Notes under the pieces: model-generated
Seen by the model: the letters and a program-made list of their open reading frames with translations, nothing else
Databases searched by the model: none
What the model was told of the DNA's origin: nothing
Assembly (NCBI RefSeq): GCF_900539295.1
Contig: NZ_UQBH01000005.1
Span: 2,275 to 66,274, forward strand
DNA length: 64,000 nucleotides
From: an uncultured Megasphaera sp.
GTDB taxonomy: Bacteria; Bacillota; Negativicutes; Veillonellales; Megasphaeraceae
Direction of reading: 5' to 3'
Made by a program: the position numbers and the translations under genes
In this document: positions 10,754 to 21,014 of the stretch, one piece after another
Numbering within the stretch: position 1 is the stretch's first letter
How the letters are laid out: the number at the start of each line of letters is the position of its first letter

Positions 10754-10779
10754 CCCCCGTCGCACATACCCGACGGGGG
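10754..10779 (-). other. Perfect 9-bp GC-rich stem-loop between the glgA stop and the start of the GH13-GH77 gene
   Basis: CCCCCGTCG-cacatacc-CGACGGGGG. No T-run follows, so it is probably an intercistronic mRNA structure rather than a terminator. Confidence 0.5.
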
Positions 10780-10796
10780 ACCCGATACTGAGCCCC

Positions 10797-12233
10797 TTAC
10801 AGCTGCAGTACACTTTCATATAAATTTATATACGATTCAGCCGACTGATTCCAGCTGTAATCGCAGGTCATGGCATTGCGGACCAGCTGATCCCAGAGGG
10901 CATCGTCTTCGTAATAGCCGAGGGCCCGCTTCGTCGTAAACAAGAGTTCGTGAGCATTGAAGTTCGGGAAGGTCAGGCCGTTGCCCTTCTTGCTGTACTT
11001 ATCGAAAGGCTGGACCGTATCCTTGAGTCCCCCCGTTTCCCGGACGATAGGAATGGAGCCGTAGCGCAGGGCAATGAGCTGGCTCAGGCCGCACGGTTCA
11101 TAGCGCGACGGCATGAGGAACATATCCGACGCAGCGTAAACCTTATGGGCCAAGGCTTCGTCGAAGAGGATGTTGGCCGACACCTTGTTTGGATGGCGGT
11201 AGGCCAGTTCCCGGAAGGCGTCTTCATAACCGGCGTCACCGGTCCCGACGACGACCAGCTGAACTTCGTCGTCGACGAGTTCATCCATGATGCGCATGAC
11301 CAGATCCAGGCCCTTGTCTTCGACAAGGCGCGTTACCATGGCGATGAGGGGCACGCCGCGCTTGATGCGAAGGCCCAGTTCAGCCCGCAGGGCGTCTTTA
11401 TTTTCCCGCTTGTCGGCCCGGGCCGTAGCTACGGAATACTGCTTGGTAATGTACGGATCCGTTTCAGGATTGTAGGCATCGACGTCGAGACCGTTCAAGA
11501 TGCCCGTCATTTTGCCGCTGTTGGCGCGGATATAGCCGTCCAGGCCTTCGCCAAAGTAGGGATAGGTGATTTCCTGAGCATAAGTCGGGCTGACCGTCGT
11601 AACCCGGTCGGCGTATACCAGGCCGGACTTCATGTAGTTGACGCAGCCGTCGCATTCGAGATTGCCGTTGTCAAAGAGTTCCTGCGGCAACCCGATGATG
11701 TCGCGCATGATGGACGGCGGATAGATGCCCTGATACTTCAAGTTGTGAATCGTATAGACGATTTTCATATCTTTGTAGAAGTCGTCGTGCCGGAAGTCTT
11801 CTTTCAGGAAGACGCCCATGAGCCCTGTGTGCCAGTCGTTGCAGTGGATGATATCCGGCTGGAAGCCGACGGCGGGCAGCATGGTCAGGACGGCGCGGCA
11901 GAAATAGGCAAATCGTTCGGCATCGTCGCCGAACCCGTAGAGGCCGTCCCGCTTAAAATACCATTCGTTGTCGATGAAATAGACGGTCACGCCGTCTTGT
12001 TCGATCATTTCGACGCCGTAATAGAGCTGGCGCCAAGACAGATTGACCGTACCGTTGACAACGGGCTTCATCTTTTCCTTTATGGCATCGGCAATGCCGC
12101 TGTATTTCGGAATGACCAGCCGAACGTCCATGCCTTTTTTGGCTAAGGCCTTCGGCAAGGCCCCCATAACGTCGGCCAAGCCGCCTGTTTTAATAAATGG
12201 CACTGCTTCTGAGGCCACAAATAATACCTTCAT
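10797..12233 (-). CDS. glgA: Glycogen synthase
   Basis: MKVLFVASEAVPFIKTGGLADV... (GT5). Start set to the internal ATG, which has an AAGGGAGGG RBS. The 56-aa N-terminal extension in the track ORF is not supported. Confidence 0.9.
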   Translation of the reverse strand: MKVLFVASEAVPFIKTGGLADVMGALPKALAKKGMDVRLVIPKYSGIADAIKEKMKPVVNGTVNLSWRQLYYGVEMIEQDGVTVYFIDNEWYFKRDGLYGFGDDAERFAYFCRAVLTMLPAVGFQPDIIHCNDWHTGLMGVFLKEDFRHDDFYKDMKIVYTIHNLKYQGIYPPSIMRDIIGLPQELFDNGNLECDGCVNYMKSGLVYADRVTTVSPTYAQEITYPYFGEGLDGYIRANSGKMTGILNGLDVDAYNPETDPYITKQYSVATARADKRENKDALRAELGLRIKRGVPLIAMVTRLVEDKGLDLVMRIMDELVDDEVQLVVVGTGDAGYEDAFRELAYRHPNKVSANILFDEALAHKVYAASDMFLMPSRYEPCGLSQLIALRYGSIPIVRETGGLKDTVQPFDKYSKKGNGLTFPNFNAHELLFTTKRALGYYEDDALWDQLVRNAMTCDYSWNQSAESYINLYESVLQL

Positions 12234-12397
12234 CGTCTGTCCCTCCCTTTTGCTGTCTGATTGAGTCGGTACCGATGACGCATTCGCATCGGCACGTCGA
12301 TGTATGTTTTGATTTTGGTTTTCTTGATGTTCTCCTTGTACCAACCGCCGCACTTGGCGCCGGCGTGTTCCTTTTCCCATGGCAGTCGCCTTCTTTC

Positions 12398-14344
12398 TCA
12401 TGCTTTCGGTCCTTCGTCCATACCTTCATGGGTTTCCAATAAATGCTTCGTGTCTCCCGTGAGGCGCAGGTAAATCGTCGCCAAGGGCGGCAGGGTCAGT
12501 TCGATAGACTGGTCCATGCCGTGCATGGGAACGTCCTGGGCGGTAAAGACGCCTTCATTGAGAACGTTCGACCCGCCAAAGGCTTCGGCATCGCTGTTGA
12601 AGACTTCCACGTAGTCGCCCTTTACGGGGACGCCGATACGGTACGAATGGCGGACGACGGGCGTAAAATTGCAGAGGACGACGGTCGAATCCGTTTCGTC
12701 TTTTCCCGTCCGGAAGAAGGCGATGGCACTGTTGTCATGGTCGTCGCAGCTGATCCAGGAAAAGCCCGACCAGTCGCAGTCTTCTTCCCAGAATTCCGGA
12801 TGGTCGACGTAGTATGAATTCAGTTTCCGTACGTAGTCGTGCATAGCCAGGTGCATGGGGTAATTCAAGAGATGCCAGTCCAGGCTGTCATCGTACTTCC
12901 ATTCGATGAACTGGCCGAATTCGCTGCCCATGAACAGGAGCTTCTTGCCGGGATGAGCCATCCAGTAGCCGTAGAAGGCGCGGAGGCCGGCAAATTTCTG
13001 CCAGTAATCGCCGGGCATCTTATCGAGGAGCGAGTGCTTGCCGTGAACGACTTCATCGTGCGACAAGGGCAGGATGAAGTTTTCCGAAAAGGCATAGCAC
13101 AAGGAAAAGGTAATGAGATTGTGGTTGTCCTTGCGGAACAAGGGATCCATGGCCATGTAACGCAGCATGTCGTTCATCCAGCCCATGTTCCACTTATAGT
13201 TGAATCCCAGACCGCCGACGTCGACCGGTTTGGTTACGAGCGGCCAAGCCGACGATTCTTCAGCAATCATCAGGGCCTGAGGAAATTCCTTAAAGACAGC
13301 CGTATTGAGGCGGCGCAAAAAGTCGATGGCTTCCAGATTTTCCCGGCCGCCGTACTTATTGGCCTGCCAGCCTCCGTCGGGATGGCCGTAATCGAGGTAG
13401 AGCATGTTGGCCACGGCATCGATGCGCAGGCCGTCGATATGGAACTGGTTCAGCCAAAAGATGGCGCTGGAAATGAGGAAGGACTGGACTTCCGTCCGGC
13501 CGTAATCGAAGTTCATCGTATCCCATTCTTTGTTTTCCGCCAAAATCGGATTGCCCGATTCGTAGCACGGTTCGCCGTCGAAGCAGCGCAGGCCGTGAGC
13601 GTCGCGGCAAAAATGGCCCGGCACCCAGTCGAGGATGACGCCGATACCGTTTCGGTGGCACAGGTCGACGAGATACATGAAATCTTCCGGCTTTCCATAA
13701 CGGCTGGTCGCTGAAAAATAGCCCGTTCCCTGATAGCCCCAGGAACCGTCAAAAGGATATTCGCACAGCGGCATGAGCTCGATATGGGTATAATTCATGT
13801 CTTTTACATAAGCGACCAGCTCTTCGGCTATATCGCGGTAAGTCAGCATGCCGCCGTCTTCGCCGCGCCGCCACGAGCCGAGATGGACTTCATAAGTCAG
13901 CATGGGCTTGCGGTAGGAGTCGTAAGCCTGGCGGCTTTCCATCCATTTCTTATCGTGCCAGGTATAGTGGAGCTTGGTCAATTTCGATGCCGTATGAGGC
14001 CGTACTTCCGACCAGAAAGCGTAGGGATCGCTCTTTAAGATGCGTTCTCCCGACGCCGTCGTAATGGCGTATTTATAAATATCGCCTTCTTTCAGGCCTT
14101 CTATATATGCGACCCAAATGCCATTGCCTTGGCGGCTTCGTTCCATCGGGTTGGCATCGTCATCCCAATGGTTGAAATCACCGACGACACTGACCTTCTG
14201 TGCGTGCGGCGCCCAGACGGCAAAACGCACGCATGATTTGCGGCGCCACGCTGTAAAGTGAGCGCCGAACAGTCGATAGCTGGCATAATTCGTACCCTGG
14301 TGATACAAGAAGGCACTGTATTCGTCGATTGCACTGAGTTTCAT
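12398..14344 (-). CDS. glgB: 1,4-alpha-glucan branching enzyme
   Basis: GH13 branching-enzyme motifs (GLRIDAV, EESSAWP); 648 aa. Confidence 0.9.
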   Translation of the reverse strand: MKLSAIDEYSAFLYHQGTNYASYRLFGAHFTAWRRKSCVRFAVWAPHAQKVSVVGDFNHWDDDANPMERSRQGNGIWVAYIEGLKEGDIYKYAITTASGERILKSDPYAFWSEVRPHTASKLTKLHYTWHDKKWMESRQAYDSYRKPMLTYEVHLGSWRRGEDGGMLTYRDIAEELVAYVKDMNYTHIELMPLCEYPFDGSWGYQGTGYFSATSRYGKPEDFMYLVDLCHRNGIGVILDWVPGHFCRDAHGLRCFDGEPCYESGNPILAENKEWDTMNFDYGRTEVQSFLISSAIFWLNQFHIDGLRIDAVANMLYLDYGHPDGGWQANKYGGRENLEAIDFLRRLNTAVFKEFPQALMIAEESSAWPLVTKPVDVGGLGFNYKWNMGWMNDMLRYMAMDPLFRKDNHNLITFSLCYAFSENFILPLSHDEVVHGKHSLLDKMPGDYWQKFAGLRAFYGYWMAHPGKKLLFMGSEFGQFIEWKYDDSLDWHLLNYPMHLAMHDYVRKLNSYYVDHPEFWEEDCDWSGFSWISCDDHDNSAIAFFRTGKDETDSTVVLCNFTPVVRHSYRIGVPVKGDYVEVFNSDAEAFGGSNVLNEGVFTAQDVPMHGMDQSIELTLPPLATIYLRLTGDTKHLLETHEGMDEGPKA

Positions 14345-14363
14345 CGCATAATCCCCCTGTCAT

Positions 14364-16796
14364 TCAGTCGTGCTTAGACGGTTTGATGTGCCAAATATCG
14401 TCGGCATACTGCTCGATCGTCCGGTCGCTGGAGAAGTATCCCGATTGGGCGATATTGACGATACTGGCCCGCCACCAGTCTGACTTATTTCCATACCGCT
14501 TGGCGATTTCCTCTTGCGCCGCACAGTAGGGTTTAAAATCTTTCAAGACGAAGTATTCGTCATTCTTATCGAGGAAGGATTCGTAGAGCAGACCGAAGGT
14601 TTCGCCGCCTACCGTTCCATCGACGAGGGCATCCATGAGGCGCCGTATATCGGAATCGCTGCTGTACATCTTCCACGACGAATAGCCGCCGCGAACGTAG
14701 TAATTCATGACTTCATCGGCTCTGAGGCCAAAGATGACGCAGTTGTCGTCACCGACGCAGCGGTGGATTTCGACGTTGGCCCCATCCATGGTCCCAAGGG
14801 TAATGGCACCGTTCATCATGAACTTCATGTTCCCCGTCCCCGACGCTTCCTTGCCGGCCGTCGAAATCTGTTCGCTGACGTCGGCTGCCGGGAAGAGGAG
14901 CTGTCCTAAGGAAACGTTGTAATTTTCCAGGAACAGGACCTTCAGCTGTTGACTGACCGTTCGGTCGCCATTGATCATGCGGGCTACGACGTTGATCAGG
15001 CGAATCGTTTCCTTGGCTTCGCCGTAACTGGCTGCAGCCTTGCCGCCGAAGAGATAGGTCCGCGGCGTAATTTTAAGGGACGGATTGTCCTTCAAGAGGA
15101 AGTAAAGGTGCAGGATATGAAGGATATTCAAGGTCTGGCGCTTATATAGGTGAATACGCTTGATCTGAATATCGAAGATGGAATCGGTCCGGATATCCTG
15201 GTTGTACTTGTCCCGAATATAGCGGGCCAGCCATTCCTTGCGTTCAGTCTTAACCTTGGCCAGCTGTTCTTTAAAAGATGCATCGTCTTTATAAGCCATG
15301 AGGTCCGACAGGCGCGACGGCGTCTTGCGCCACTTGTCACCGATGGTGTCATCGATGAGGGCCGCCAGTTTCGGATTAGCCTCAATGAGCCAGCGGCGAT
15401 GGGAAATGCCGTTGGTTTTATTGGAAAAGCGGTGCGGGAAACAAGTATAGAATTGGTGAAGCGTCGAATCCTTCAAAATCTGGGAATGGATTTCAGCTAC
15501 GCCGTTGACGCTGTGGCTGCCGAGGACCGAGAGATGAGCCATGTGGATCTGACCGTCCCACAAGATGGCCACGTCGCGGGCCTTGTTTTCATCGCCCGGA
15601 TAGAGGCGGCGGACTTCTCGGAGCCAGCGGTTGTTGATTTCTTCGATAATTAAATAAATTCGCGGCAAGAGGTCCTTGAACATGGGAATGGACCATTTTT
15701 CCAGGGCTTCCGGCAGGACCGTATGGTTGGTGTATGCTACGGTCCGGACGGTAATGTCCCAGGCGGCCTGCCACGAGAGGCCTTCTTCATCCATCAAGAT
15801 GCGCATCAGCTCGGGAATGACCAGGGCCGGATGAGTATCGTTGATGTGGATGGCAACGTATTGGTCGAAGCGATAGATGCTTTCGCCGTATTTTTTCTTA
15901 TAATGGCGGACAATGCTTTGAACGCCGGCCGACACGAAGAAGTATTCCTGCATCAGGCGCAGGCGACGGCCGTCTTCGGTGCTGTCATCAGGATAGAGGA
16001 AACGGGAAATCTGCTGGACGCTGTCTTTATAGCGAAAAGCCCGGTGTCGGTCCCCCGTCGCCAATTCCTTATACATTTCTGCCCGGGAATACTCGGCCCG
16101 CCACAGGCGCAGGGTATTGACCGTATCGTTGTGGAAGCCGATGACCGGCACGTCATAAGGAACGGCCTTGACCGTCGAGAACTGTTCGTGAACGCATTCG
16201 AGGCTGCCGTCCCCCGTCGGGCGCATGTAGGCATTGCCGCCGAAACGGACGTAGACGGCCTTGTCGACCTTTTTGACTTCCCAGGGATAGCCGTTCACCA
16301 ACCAGTTGTCGGGCAGTTCGACCTGCTGATTATCGACGATACGCTGATTAAAGAGGCCATACTGATAACGGATGCTGTTGCCGTGACCGGGAAGGGACAA
16401 GGCAGCCAAAGAGTCGATGAAACAAGCGGCCAAGCGGCCGAGCCCCCCATTCCCGAGACCGGGATCGCGTTCGGCCGGGATGACGTCTTCAAGATCCCAG
16501 CCAAGGTCTTTCAGACCATCTCGGCAGATATGGTCCATATCGACATTGAGGAGATTCGATTCCAACAAGCGGCCCATGAGAAATTCGATGGAAAAATAAT
16601 AGACTTGTTTGACTTTTTTCGCAGCATAGGATTGGTTGGTGCGGATCCAATCTTCACTGACCAGATCGCGGATCATGTAGGCAATGGTCTGATAGACTTC
16701 GTTCAAGGTTAACTCTTGCAGTTCCTTTTCCCACAGTCGGTAGGCTTTCTCTGTAAACAACCTTTTGAATTCTTCCTTGTCCTGCCATGTTTTCAT
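14364..16796 (-). CDS. glgP: Glycogen/maltodextrin phosphorylase (GT35)
   Basis: 810 aa. EASGTGNMKFMMNG is the PLP-binding signature of alpha-glucan phosphorylases. Confidence 0.9.
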   Translation of the reverse strand: MKTWQDKEEFKRLFTEKAYRLWEKELQELTLNEVYQTIAYMIRDLVSEDWIRTNQSYAAKKVKQVYYFSIEFLMGRLLESNLLNVDMDHICRDGLKDLGWDLEDVIPAERDPGLGNGGLGRLAACFIDSLAALSLPGHGNSIRYQYGLFNQRIVDNQQVELPDNWLVNGYPWEVKKVDKAVYVRFGGNAYMRPTGDGSLECVHEQFSTVKAVPYDVPVIGFHNDTVNTLRLWRAEYSRAEMYKELATGDRHRAFRYKDSVQQISRFLYPDDSTEDGRRLRLMQEYFFVSAGVQSIVRHYKKKYGESIYRFDQYVAIHINDTHPALVIPELMRILMDEEGLSWQAAWDITVRTVAYTNHTVLPEALEKWSIPMFKDLLPRIYLIIEEINNRWLREVRRLYPGDENKARDVAILWDGQIHMAHLSVLGSHSVNGVAEIHSQILKDSTLHQFYTCFPHRFSNKTNGISHRRWLIEANPKLAALIDDTIGDKWRKTPSRLSDLMAYKDDASFKEQLAKVKTERKEWLARYIRDKYNQDIRTDSIFDIQIKRIHLYKRQTLNILHILHLYFLLKDNPSLKITPRTYLFGGKAAASYGEAKETIRLINVVARMINGDRTVSQQLKVLFLENYNVSLGQLLFPAADVSEQISTAGKEASGTGNMKFMMNGAITLGTMDGANVEIHRCVGDDNCVIFGLRADEVMNYYVRGGYSSWKMYSSDSDIRRLMDALVDGTVGGETFGLLYESFLDKNDEYFVLKDFKPYCAAQEEIAKRYGNKSDWWRASIVNIAQSGYFSSDRTIEQYADDIWHIKPSKHD

Positions 16797-16823
16797 ATGC
16801 TTATTATCCCCTTTGTCAAAACA

Positions 16824-17945
16824 CTAACGTACGGAACATTTGCCAATGCACAACAGATCGTCGGCGGTTCGCTGTAAGTCGGCTTCCGGCTGGATGACCG
16901 AGTTCTTGTCGCAGACGACGTAATCAAGCTGCGCGTCGTCGCCGATAATCGAGTGCTGCATGATGATGCTGTTGCGGACGACCGCATTCTTTCCGACCCG
17001 GACGCGGCGGAAGAGGATCGAGTTTTCAACGCGCCCTTCGATGATGCAGCCATTGGCTACGAGGGAGTTGGAAACGTGGGATTCTTCCATATACTTGGCC
17101 GGCGCTTCGTCTTTGATTTTCGTATAAATACGGTGGTCCAAATCTTTGAGAAGCAGTTCGTGCCAAATGCGGCTGTCACGCAGATCCATGTTGACTTCAA
17201 AATACGATTGGAGTGAATCGATTCGTTTGGCGTAGCCCTGATAATTGTACCCGAAGATACGCAGGCGGTCGACATTGCGCTGGAATACATCGGTAATAAG
17301 ATGGGTATACCCTTTGGAGTAAGCCCGGCGGATGCAGTCCTGGAGAACGTCGCAGTCGATGATGATGCCCCGCTGATAAAGGTTGTCCCCGGCTTTGACT
17401 TCCATCTTGGCGTCGATGGCCCGAACCCGATTGGTGTTGTCCATATCGACGGTGAGGACATAGCCTTCGCGGTTAAAATCATACTGCTGCTTCTGATAAA
17501 TGAGGGTTACGTCGGCATTGTGGCGGCGATGGAAGTGCAGGACTTCATCGTAGTCGATATTCTGCACCATATCGCAGCCCGACAGCAGGGCGTAGCGCTT
17601 ATTGGCCCTCCGGATAAAGATCAGGTTCTTATAATAGGCGGCAATGTCCCCTTCGACGGGATTTTCGATATCGGCCCGTTCTTCCGGCAGATAAAACAGC
17701 CCGTCCCCCTTATGGGCCAGTCCCCATTCCTTCCCGGAGCGGATATGGTCCAAGACCGACCGCGACTGGCTCGATAGCATGAGGCCGACATTTTCGATGC
17801 CGGCATTGACCATGTTCGAAAGGGTAAAGTCGATGAGGCGGTACTTGCCGCCGATGGGAAGGGTCGCCAAGGGACGCGTGTCGTTGATTTCCTTTAACGG
17901 GCGGTCTTCACGCATGTTGATGAGACCGATCATATTACTGTTCAT
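16824..17945 (-). CDS. glgD: Glucose-1-phosphate adenylyltransferase, regulatory GlgD subunit
   Basis: ADP-glucose pyrophosphorylase fold lacking the GGxGxRL catalytic motif, followed by a left-handed beta-helix. It lies downstream of and overlaps glgC. Confidence 0.8.
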   Translation of the reverse strand: MNSNMIGLINMREDRPLKEINDTRPLATLPIGGKYRLIDFTLSNMVNAGIENVGLMLSSQSRSVLDHIRSGKEWGLAHKGDGLFYLPEERADIENPVEGDIAAYYKNLIFIRRANKRYALLSGCDMVQNIDYDEVLHFHRRHNADVTLIYQKQQYDFNREGYVLTVDMDNTNRVRAIDAKMEVKAGDNLYQRGIIIDCDVLQDCIRRAYSKGYTHLITDVFQRNVDRLRIFGYNYQGYAKRIDSLQSYFEVNMDLRDSRIWHELLLKDLDHRIYTKIKDEAPAKYMEESHVSNSLVANGCIIEGRVENSILFRRVRVGKNAVVRNSIIMQHSIIGDDAQLDYVVCDKNSVIQPEADLQRTADDLLCIGKCSVR

Positions 17946-19117
17946 AGCGAGTCTTCCCCTTTCACGGTAACTTCTTCCGGTTCGCCGTCTTTAAGCTGGG
18001 CCTTGCGGCCGAGGACGGCAACCGATCCATCTTTATTATGCAGGACGGCGCCGGGATAGATGTGGCATCGTTCCCCTAAGATGGCCTTGTCGATGACGGC
18101 GTTTTCCTCAATGACCGAGCCCGGCATGATGACCGAATTGGTGACTTTGGCTCCCTCCTTGATGGTGACGCCGTAGAAAATGACGGAGTTGCTGACATTG
18201 CCGAGGATTTCAGAGCCTTCGGCGATGAGTGAACTCTTAGCCGACCCTTTAGGGCCGATGAGATGCGGCGGAAAACTCTGGTTGCCCGAATAGATGCGCC
18301 AGTTGCTGTCGCGAAGATTGATGGGCGGTTCATCGGCCAAGAGGTCCATGTTGGCCTGCCAGAGGCTGTCGATGGTGCCGACATCCTTCCAGTAGCCTTC
18401 AAAGGGATAGGCGTAGAGCGGAACCTTGTCGGCCAGCATGGTGGGAATGACATTTTTCCCAAAGTCGTGCTCCGACTTTTCATCCTTGGCATCGGCCCGG
18501 AGATAATCTTCGAGGACCGTCCGGTCAAAGATGTAAATGCCCATGGAAGCCAAATTGCTTTCGGGTTTGGCCGGTTTTTCTTGGAACTTATTGATGCGCA
18601 TGTTTTCGTCGGCAACCATGATGCCGAAGCGGCTGGCTTCGTCCCAGGGCACGCGGATGGTACCGATCGTGACTTGAGCCTTGTGCTTCTTATGGAAATT
18701 GAGCATCTTGTCGTAATCCATGGAATAGATATGGTCGCCGGACAAGATGAGGACGTAGTCGTCACCGACCATATCGACGAAATTCAGATTCTGATAGATG
18801 GCATCGGCCGTGCCGCGATACCAGTTGGAACCGCCGTCGCTCTGATAGGGCGGCAGAACATAGGTGCCGCCTCGGTTGGAGTCGAGGTTCCACGAACTGC
18901 CGTTTCCGATGTACCAGTTCAATTCGAGAGGCTGATATTGGGTCAGGATACCGACCGTATCGATGCCGGAATTACGGCAGTTGCTCAGAGGGAAGTCGAT
19001 GATGCGGTATTTTCCCCCGAACAAGAGGCCCGGCTTGGCTTGGTCTTTAGTCAGGACGCCAAGACGGCTCCCCTTTCCACCAGCCAGGATCATAGCCAGG
19101 CAATTAGATTTTTTCAT
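17942..19117 (-). CDS. glgC: Glucose-1-phosphate adenylyltransferase
   Basis: [23 protein letters not shown]...GGKYRIIDF. Start set to the ATG with an AGGAGG RBS (A at 19117); the 41-aa N-terminal extension in the track ORF is unsupported. Confidence 0.9.
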   Translation of the reverse strand: MKKSNCLAMILAGGKGSRLGVLTKDQAKPGLLFGGKYRIIDFPLSNCRNSGIDTVGILTQYQPLELNWYIGNGSSWNLDSNRGGTYVLPPYQSDGGSNWYRGTADAIYQNLNFVDMVGDDYVLILSGDHIYSMDYDKMLNFHKKHKAQVTIGTIRVPWDEASRFGIMVADENMRINKFQEKPAKPESNLASMGIYIFDRTVLEDYLRADAKDEKSEHDFGKNVIPTMLADKVPLYAYPFEGYWKDVGTIDSLWQANMDLLADEPPINLRDSNWRIYSGNQSFPPHLIGPKGSAKSSLIAEGSEILGNVSNSVIFYGVTIKEGAKVTNSVIMPGSVIEENAVIDKAILGERCHIYPGAVLHNKDGSVAVLGRKAQLKDGEPEEVTVKGEDSL

Positions 19118-19239
19118 AAAAGCGCCTCCTAACGCGACTTCGGTCCGGCGGCCGGTAAAAAATGAATGCCCTATGCCGAAAAATAGCTGACGGACCTGCA
19201 TCGAACAGTACACATTACATACCATAATACATACTGCCA

Positions 19240-19335
19240 TTCATTTTATGATTATAGTACTAATTATACACCAAATCTGTTAGAAATTTAAAGAGATAAC
19301 GATTAAAAAGAGGCTGACAAATGTCAATTTTTTTT
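19240..19335 (-). promoter_or_regulatory. AT-rich promoter region of the glg operon, with minus-strand TATAAT boxes and a TGACAAATGTCA palindrome
   Basis: Minus-strand TATAAT hexamers at about 19251-19256 and 19263-19268, 130-150 nt upstream of the glgC start. Imperfect palindrome TGACAA/ATGTCA at 19315-19326. About 30% GC. Confidence 0.35.
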
Positions 19336-19438
19336 ATTTTTTATAAAAACTTGACTACAATTAGGCACTGTTAAGCACTAAAGTCGGAAAAAAAAGCACT
19401 GATTTCGGAACGTTTTCGTCCCGCAAGCCAAAAGATAC

Positions 19439-19475
19439 AAAAAAAGAGACAACCTTGTAAAAGATTGTCTCTAAT
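19439..19475 (-). terminator. Rho-independent terminator of the trmR/U32/DUF4911 operon
   Basis: On the minus strand: GAGACAA-tcttttacaagg-TTGTCTC followed by TTTTTTTG, downstream of the stop at 19522. Confidence 0.7.
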
Positions 19476-19521
19476 CGGATAAACGTATAACTATAAATTT
19501 TACTAAAAAAATACAGTCCAT

Positions 19522-19779
19522 TTATCGTATTTTTTCATTAACCTGATTTGCTCTTTCCAGCGCCTCGTCAAAAGTCAGGAGCTCGACGGAAATGGGAAGG
19601 GCCCGTAAGACGTCACGCGTCTCCCCTGCCGTATCGGCCGTCGTGCGTACGAAGCCGATACCTTTTTTTCCGTCGAGAGCGGTGACGACGCCGAGGTACT
19701 CGCAGCCTTCGATGATGCGGTTGACAAAGGTCATGTCCTTTGGCGCCACGCGAAAGTAGACCCAATCGGCATCAAGCAT
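19522..19779 (-). CDS. DUF4911-like small protein, commonly encoded next to U32 peptidase/TrhP genes
   Basis: 85 aa, overlapping the 3' end of the U32 gene. Family assignment is from memory of this conserved gene neighbourhood. Confidence 0.5.
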   Translation of the reverse strand: MLDADWVYFRVAPKDMTFVNRIIEGCEYLGVVTALDGKKGIGFVRTTADTAGETRDVLRALPISVELLTFDEALERANQVNEKIR

Positions 19780-21010
19780 GGTCTTCTACCTTCCGCCGCA
19801 TCATGGCATATTCTTCAAGGGGTTCCGGCACAGCCAGGCCCACGAGCTGACGAGGATGGCGGGCCGCGTCGAGGGCTGCCCCGTCTTCATCGATAATGGA
19901 GGCGATGGTGCATTTGACCAAATGACCCTTAGGCTGCAGAAATTCGACGGTCTGGCCGACCTTGAAGTGGTTCCGCTGTTCAATCCAGGCGATGCCCTTT
20001 TCGGCATCATAGGAACGGACGAGGCCGATGAAGTCGTGAGTCTGGGTATTGCTCGACTCGCTGTAGACTTGGTCGGCTTCCGTCGGCCGCGATACGGAGA
20101 AGCCCCGGGTATAGGGCCGGTGAGAAATCTTTTCCAATTCCTCGATCCATTCCGGACGGACCGTGAAGTGTTCCGGATCGGCTTCATAGGCGTCGATGGC
20201 TTCGCGGTAGACCTTGGTCACGGTGGCTGCGTAATGGACGCTCTTCATGCGGCCTTCGATTTTGAGGCTCGACAAGCCGGCGTCATAGAGGTCCGGCAGG
20301 TAGGGCAGCATGCACAGGTCTTTCGAGTTGAAAATGTAAGTCCCCCGTTCATCTTCGACGACAGGGAAATACTGGCCCGGCCGTTTTTCTTCGACGACGT
20401 TGTACTTAAAGCGGCAGCACTGGACGCACTCGCCGCGATTGGAATCGCGGTCGCCCTGGGTAAAGTAGTTGCTCAGCAGGCAGCGGCCGGAGTAGGAAAT
20501 GCACATGGCGCCGTGGACGAAGCCTTCGAGTTCGACAGCCGGCACCTTTTCGTGGATAGTCTTGACATCGGCCAGGCTGACTTCGCGGGCCATGACGATG
20601 CGAGCGGCCCCATTGTCGGCCCAGAATTTCGCCGACGCCCAGTTGGTCGTATTGCCCTGGGTCGAAATGTGAACCGGAAGGTCGGGCACGAGCTGACGAG
20701 CTAACGAAAAGATGCCCGGGTCAGCAATGAGGATGGCATCGACGCCGATATCGCGAAGATAGACCAGGTATTCCGGAAGGCCTTCCAGGTCTTCATTGTG
20801 GGGAAAGATATTGACCGTGACATGGATCCGCTTGCCGATAGCATGCGCGTAGTCGACGGCTTCTTTCAGTTCTTCATTTGAAAAGTTGTCGCTGAAAGCC
20901 CTAAGGCCGAAGGATTTCCCGCCTAAGTAGACGGCATCGGCACCGTACAAAAAGGCCATTTTTAATTTATCCATACTGCCGGCCGGAGCCAGCAATTCCA
21001 TTTTTCCCAT
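19772..21010 (-). CDS. Peptidase U32 family protein (YrrN/YrrO-like; tRNA U34 hydroxylase TrhP-like)
   Basis: MGKMELLAPAGS...LGGKSFGLRA is the U32 N-terminal signature, with the cysteine-rich segment CISYSGRC. Confidence 0.8.
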   Translation of the reverse strand: MGKMELLAPAGSMDKLKMAFLYGADAVYLGGKSFGLRAFSDNFSNEELKEAVDYAHAIGKRIHVTVNIFPHNEDLEGLPEYLVYLRDIGVDAILIADPGIFSLARQLVPDLPVHISTQGNTTNWASAKFWADNGAARIVMAREVSLADVKTIHEKVPAVELEGFVHGAMCISYSGRCLLSNYFTQGDRDSNRGECVQCCRFKYNVVEEKRPGQYFPVVEDERGTYIFNSKDLCMLPYLPDLYDAGLSSLKIEGRMKSVHYAATVTKVYREAIDAYEADPEHFTVRPEWIEELEKISHRPYTRGFSVSRPTEADQVYSESSNTQTHDFIGLVRSYDAEKGIAWIEQRNHFKVGQTVEFLQPKGHLVKCTIASIIDEDGAALDAARHPRQLVGLAVPEPLEEYAMMRRKVEDHA

Positions 21011-21014
21011 TATC

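Noticed and set aside
10950-12146. 398-aa plus-strand ORF inside glgA
   Set aside because: It lies antisense to a well-supported glycogen synthase gene and has a high-GC shadow-ORF composition (D/G/V/A-rich) with no recognisable motifs.
12234-12401. 56-aa N-terminal extension of glgA (MRKKATAMGKG...), and the similar extension of glgC (19118-19240)
   Set aside because: The internal ATGs are preceded by strong RBSs and begin at the conserved family N-termini. The extensions are basic, low-complexity and lack RBSs.
15723-16712. 329-aa plus-strand ORF inside glgP
   Set aside because: Antisense shadow ORF of glycogen phosphorylase; no RBS and no homology signal.
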